64,000 nucleotides of DNA, taken from assembly GCF_009914755.1 (NCBI RefSeq), contig NC_060932.1. One strand, given 5' to 3'. This DNA is from the human T2T-CHM13v2.0 reference genome, Homo sapiens. How positions within the stretch are numbered: position 1 is the stretch's first letter; the number at the start of each line of letters is the position of its first letter. Made by a program: the position numbers and the translations under genes. This document shows, piece after piece, positions 55,505 to 64,000 of this stretch. A model generated the notes under the pieces. That model made no database searches. It had not been told where the DNA came from and saw only the letters and a list, made by a program, of their open reading frames with translations.

Positions 55505-58500
55505 TAAGATATGGCCAGTAAAATTTCTCAAGCATCAGTCCATTCTCTAACATCTTTACACTAAGTGAGTTCCTTGGTAAGAAACAATATTGTTGGAGAT
55601 GCTGTAACATTGTGTAGGGCATTCCTAGGTTCAAATGATAGCTCTGGCAAAACCCAGTGAGGACAAGCCATACCCTCTCTATGAAGATGGGTCCATTTTA
55701 ATCAATCTTCCATCAGGACTCACAGATGATCTTTAATGCCAACAAATTTGTTAGTGGTGGTTCCTAGCTCATCAGTGGTGAAGTGGCAGATCATGTTAAG
55801 CCCGTGTATAGAGTCCATCCCTAATCCCAACCCCAAGGGCATCATAACCTCTTATACATGAGTCAGTTTACAAGCATCAGGATGGATTAGGAAAAGATTC
55901 TCTGACATCTTGAGTCCTAGATTAAAAGCCTTCTTGGTAAAGGAAGTCTTTCATTAATAACTTGCAATGCATACAACTATTTTTAGATACATTGTATCAA
56001 TCTTCAAATTAACAAACTATTTTTAGAGCAGTTTTAGGTTCACAGCAAAATTGAGTAGAGCATATAGAGAACTCCCTCATATATCAACTCCCCCACTATA
56101 TCAATTTTTAAAATATGGAATAATATATTTCCTCTTCAAACTTTCTAAGAGGTATATAGCGCAATGGCTAAGAGCCAGCTTTTGAAGCCAGACTGACTAA
56201 GTTTGGACCCATGCTCTATCACTTACTAGCAAATGTGACTTCTGAGCAAGTTACTACATCTGTTTCCTCATTTTTAAATTGAAATAATAATAATAGCACC
56301 TATCTCCTCAATTGTAAGAGATAGCATCACTTCACATTCCCCCCAGGGGAAAAAAAATGCTTCCAAATAATGTGCCATCAATTATAGATACATAATAGAT
56401 ATATGTATAGACACATTCTAGAGATGTTCAAATGTGAAACATGTAGTCTTGGAATAAATGAGGTTCAGTACATGTTAAGAGCTCTTGTTAACTGTCAAAT
56501 TCATAGCTTAATATATCAGATAACAATCAGTTCAGGACATAACCTACTGAAGCTTATAGGCAAACCAAGGGCTTTTCTCAATAGTTACTTTCTCAAGAGG
56601 GCATAATTTCTATCAAAATAAGGGCCTTCACTAGGTTATATTTTGTGAAGCCTTACCACAGTCCCAGACTACATAGACTATCTAGCTCTACCCCAGACAC
56701 CTGGGTACCATTGAAGCTGCTCAGTTACTTATTCATTCAACAAATATTTATTTGCATGCCCAACTCTGGAGAGTCATTGATGAATAAGATGGAGATGAAG
56801 TGTCTATCACTTTCATGGAGTTAACATTCGAATGCACTGAATAATATTGTTGCTTGCCTTACATTCTGGATCAGCTAGAAAGACTTTAGATCCTACATCA
56901 ACATGTTAGCCTTTTGAGTCACCTAGCAAATAAAATGGAGCAGCACACCCAGATGGGATCTGTATTTCTTCCAAATACAAAGAAGCCCGCCAAGCTTCTT
57001 TGTCTCTTCCTTAGAGGCATAGGACCCACTTGTCATTCAGTTTTAAAGGATTATAATAGTAACTCTTTATGACATTCCCTATGTCACTGAATCCCTAGAT
57101 ACTTCACTGCAGTGGAATAGCCCTGTACATTCTTTGGATTTATAACCATCCATGTATGTTTCACTAAACACCAGACATATGGATACCTTCTTCTGCTTTC
57201 TGGGTCTTATCAGCCTCATGTCCGTAATGTCTTGGACCAGCAAAATATCCTGAGATGGTCATGATCCCTGCAGTCTAAATTATAGCCCAGAGCCAAAAAC
57301 TTGATAGAATCCTCAGATGATTCTTTCACATTAAATTGTACCTGGAGTTTTCTGCTCATTGGGACACAGAGGAAAGCAGTGATTAAATCAATAGCTTCTC
57401 AGCTGGTATCAGAAGGTATGCTAATTTTCTCTGATAAGGAGACCACACATTATAAAGCAATCACCCATGACACTATCCCCCAAGTCATCCATCTTCTTCA
57501 TCTGCCAAACTGCAGAAATAAATGGGAGTTTGATAGTAATCACCACCCCATTTCATTCAAGTCATTGATGGTGACACGAATCCCTCCAGATCCCTTTGGA
57601 TGCTATTAACTCTTTTCCATTTCAGTAGAAAGGTTGAATTCCAGTATCTTCTATCTTAATAGTCTTTATTCTGTGAGCCAGGAAGACATTGTGGGGATTT
57701 CTCACATTCTTGAAGATATTTGTTCTATCTATTCAGTCAGAAAATTGGTATAACAAATAATAAAACACAATAGTTCAAATTCCCAGTGCTCCTACTCTGC
57801 AGTGGACTTATCAAAGCTGTCTTTATCCCCTGACTTGTATAAGTACCACACTGGCATTCTGATTCTCCAGAAATTAGTTATTCCACAGCCAGAATCTTGG
57901 TCTCCACAAATAGTGTAAGCACAAAGTGACTTTGGCAAATAATTAGGGACCTTTCAGGGAAATCTAGAAGGAAGATACAGAGTGGATGCTCTTGGATTGT
58001 TATTACAGTCTTCTTGGAAGGTTTTTTTTCCTTCCCTTCTACCTAGGAGCTGTGGGAATTCTTACCGACTCCAGTGTGGAAATTAAGTGAAGAGCCAGAC
58101 TTTACAAGTTCAGTCTTAACCAGTTTTTTGGTTATCCACATTAAGTAGGACCTTGGTCATCAGACTTCATGATCAATCAGAGCCTGTGGAAGGTGACCGT
58201 ACCAGTCTTATATCCTATCTGAGTAACAACAGCCTTACTGAGTGATACTACTTTGTTTCTGCCATCCCAGGAGTCCTCCATCTGTACAGAAATTAGGGAG
58301 CTTATTTCCATGCATCTTTATGAAAATGCATGTCAGCAGTCTCATCTTAAAGAGAATGACCACTTGAGAACTATTAAAGATGTTCCCACCCACCTTGCTC
58401 AAGGCATTCATGAAATGTCTTCTGAGCCCTTTGGGAGACCCTGATTAGACAATGGGTGACTGACTCATACATAATTAATTCATTTAAACCTTTGTATCCC

Positions 58501-58800
58501 TAAAAGTCTTTGGATTCCATCTCTACATGAAACTGACATTTTTTTCATGTAGGTCCAGATTTCAGTCAACCAAGTCAAAAGATAATTAGAACCACTCCCA
58601 ATTGTTCAATCTTGTGCATTGTACCCAAAATAACCAGAAAATGAACCAATGTCAATAAATTCAGCCTAAAATAAAATTAGCTTCTTCCATTCTTGATCCA
58701 ACACCCTTGGAATTCATTCCTCCACACATCTTACATTTTTTTTTTGTCCACATAAATTAGTAAAGTCTTAGAATACTTTGGGATACAAGTTTTCTTCTCT

Positions 58801-59085
58801 TGCATAAATGAAATGACTCAGAAACAGAAAGTCAAATACTAAGTTGTTCTCACTTAAAGTGGGAGCTAAATTATGTCTACATATAAGCATAGAGTAGAAT
58901 GATAGATATTGGAGACTCAGAAAGGTGGGAGGATGGGTGAGGGGTGAAGGATGAGAAATTACCTAACGGGTACAATGTACACTAAGGTAATGGTTACACC
59001 AAAAGCCCACACTTCACCACTATGCAATATATCCATGTAATAAAATTGTACTTTTGCCCCCTAAACCTATAAAAATTAAAAAGTA
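58801..59085 (+). mobile_element. L1MA 3' end inserted in the ERVL gag region
   Basis: L1MA 3'UTR (gatattggagactcagaaaggtggg...); degenerate TSD aagttttcttctct / aagatttctcctct. Confidence 0.8.
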
Positions 59086-59865
59086 GTAAGATTTCTCCTC
59101 TCAAATTTAGGAGCAAACTATAGATTCAGAGTTAATGATGTTGATGGAGAGAAGAGAAAATAAGAATTGGCTTTCCCTTGGAAGGATTAGAGAATTAGTA
59201 ACAGAATCTCCTAGCAAGGTTCCACCATTTAATTAAAAATGGAAGAGCTATTTCAGTTGGCTACAGGGGCTCAATGGAGTTATGAGTTTAGAGACTGAAT
59301 TCTTCCACATATCCCCATTCTAATGCATGGAGTCTTATCCTATTTCACTGTCCCAACTTTGGGAAAAGGCTAATGAGACTGAATTAAACGGATTATAATT
59401 TGGCAAACAACAGAATTAAACTATTTGTTTGATTTCTGGCTACTTTAGCACTAAGGCTTCAAGAGAAATGATATTGTTTTTCCATAGTCAGAGAAAATAC
59501 TTCTATTTCAGGCTGTTCCTTGAGCCAAGAATGTAGGAATTTGACTTGGCAATCTCTTTAAAGCCATCTAGCACCATTAGAAGTAGCCGTCCTATGGTGG
59601 ATAGTTGCATTTTCCCATCTTGATCTACACTCAATTCTTTTCTAACTTGTTCTTTGCCCCAGAAGTCTGACCTCCCTGTCCTGCATCGACTAAGTGACCT
59701 TAACCTTCCAGCATCAGGTTGAATCCAAACAGTGGGATGTACTAGGCGGCGATCAGATAGAGAAAGATAAGGAGGCATTGACTTCCTGGCCCCTCCTTGC
59801 CAGGCCATAAGTTAGCAGTGGCTGGTTACCAAAGTCCACAACTTCTGTTTTAAAACCCTCTTCTG

Positions 59866-64000
<4,135 letters not shown>

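Overview
Primate (human-like, great-ape-age elements) intergenic or intronic DNA that is mostly transposable-element derived, with no intact protein-coding gene. It holds three young L1PA elements (a 5' end at 1-831 minus, a full-length L1PA3-type at 12322-18349 minus, and one running from 59866 to the window end, plus), one older full-length L1PA11-13-type element (~1360-8448 plus), a 5'-truncated ZNF532 processed pseudogene (minus) whose poly(A) tail was the target of the full-length L1, about 16 Alus, and many MaLR/ERVL/ERV1 LTRs. A THE1 LTR contains an MLT2A LTR whose AT microsatellite has grown into a ~1.95 kb compound VNTR, and a decayed class III ERVL gag-pol provirus lies at ~53.6-59.9 kb. 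Best leads: L1 antisense promoters aimed into the ZNF532 retrocopy (antisense) and into the ERVL internal region (sense), an intact ORF0, an NF-kB/AP-1 motif cluster followed by well-formed splice sites suggesting an inducible spliced lncRNA, and a duplicated Oct/GATA/Fox motif module. Subfamily names come from recalled consensus sequences and need RepeatMasker/Dfam confirmation. I see no demonstrable novel system; the functional leads are hypotheses.
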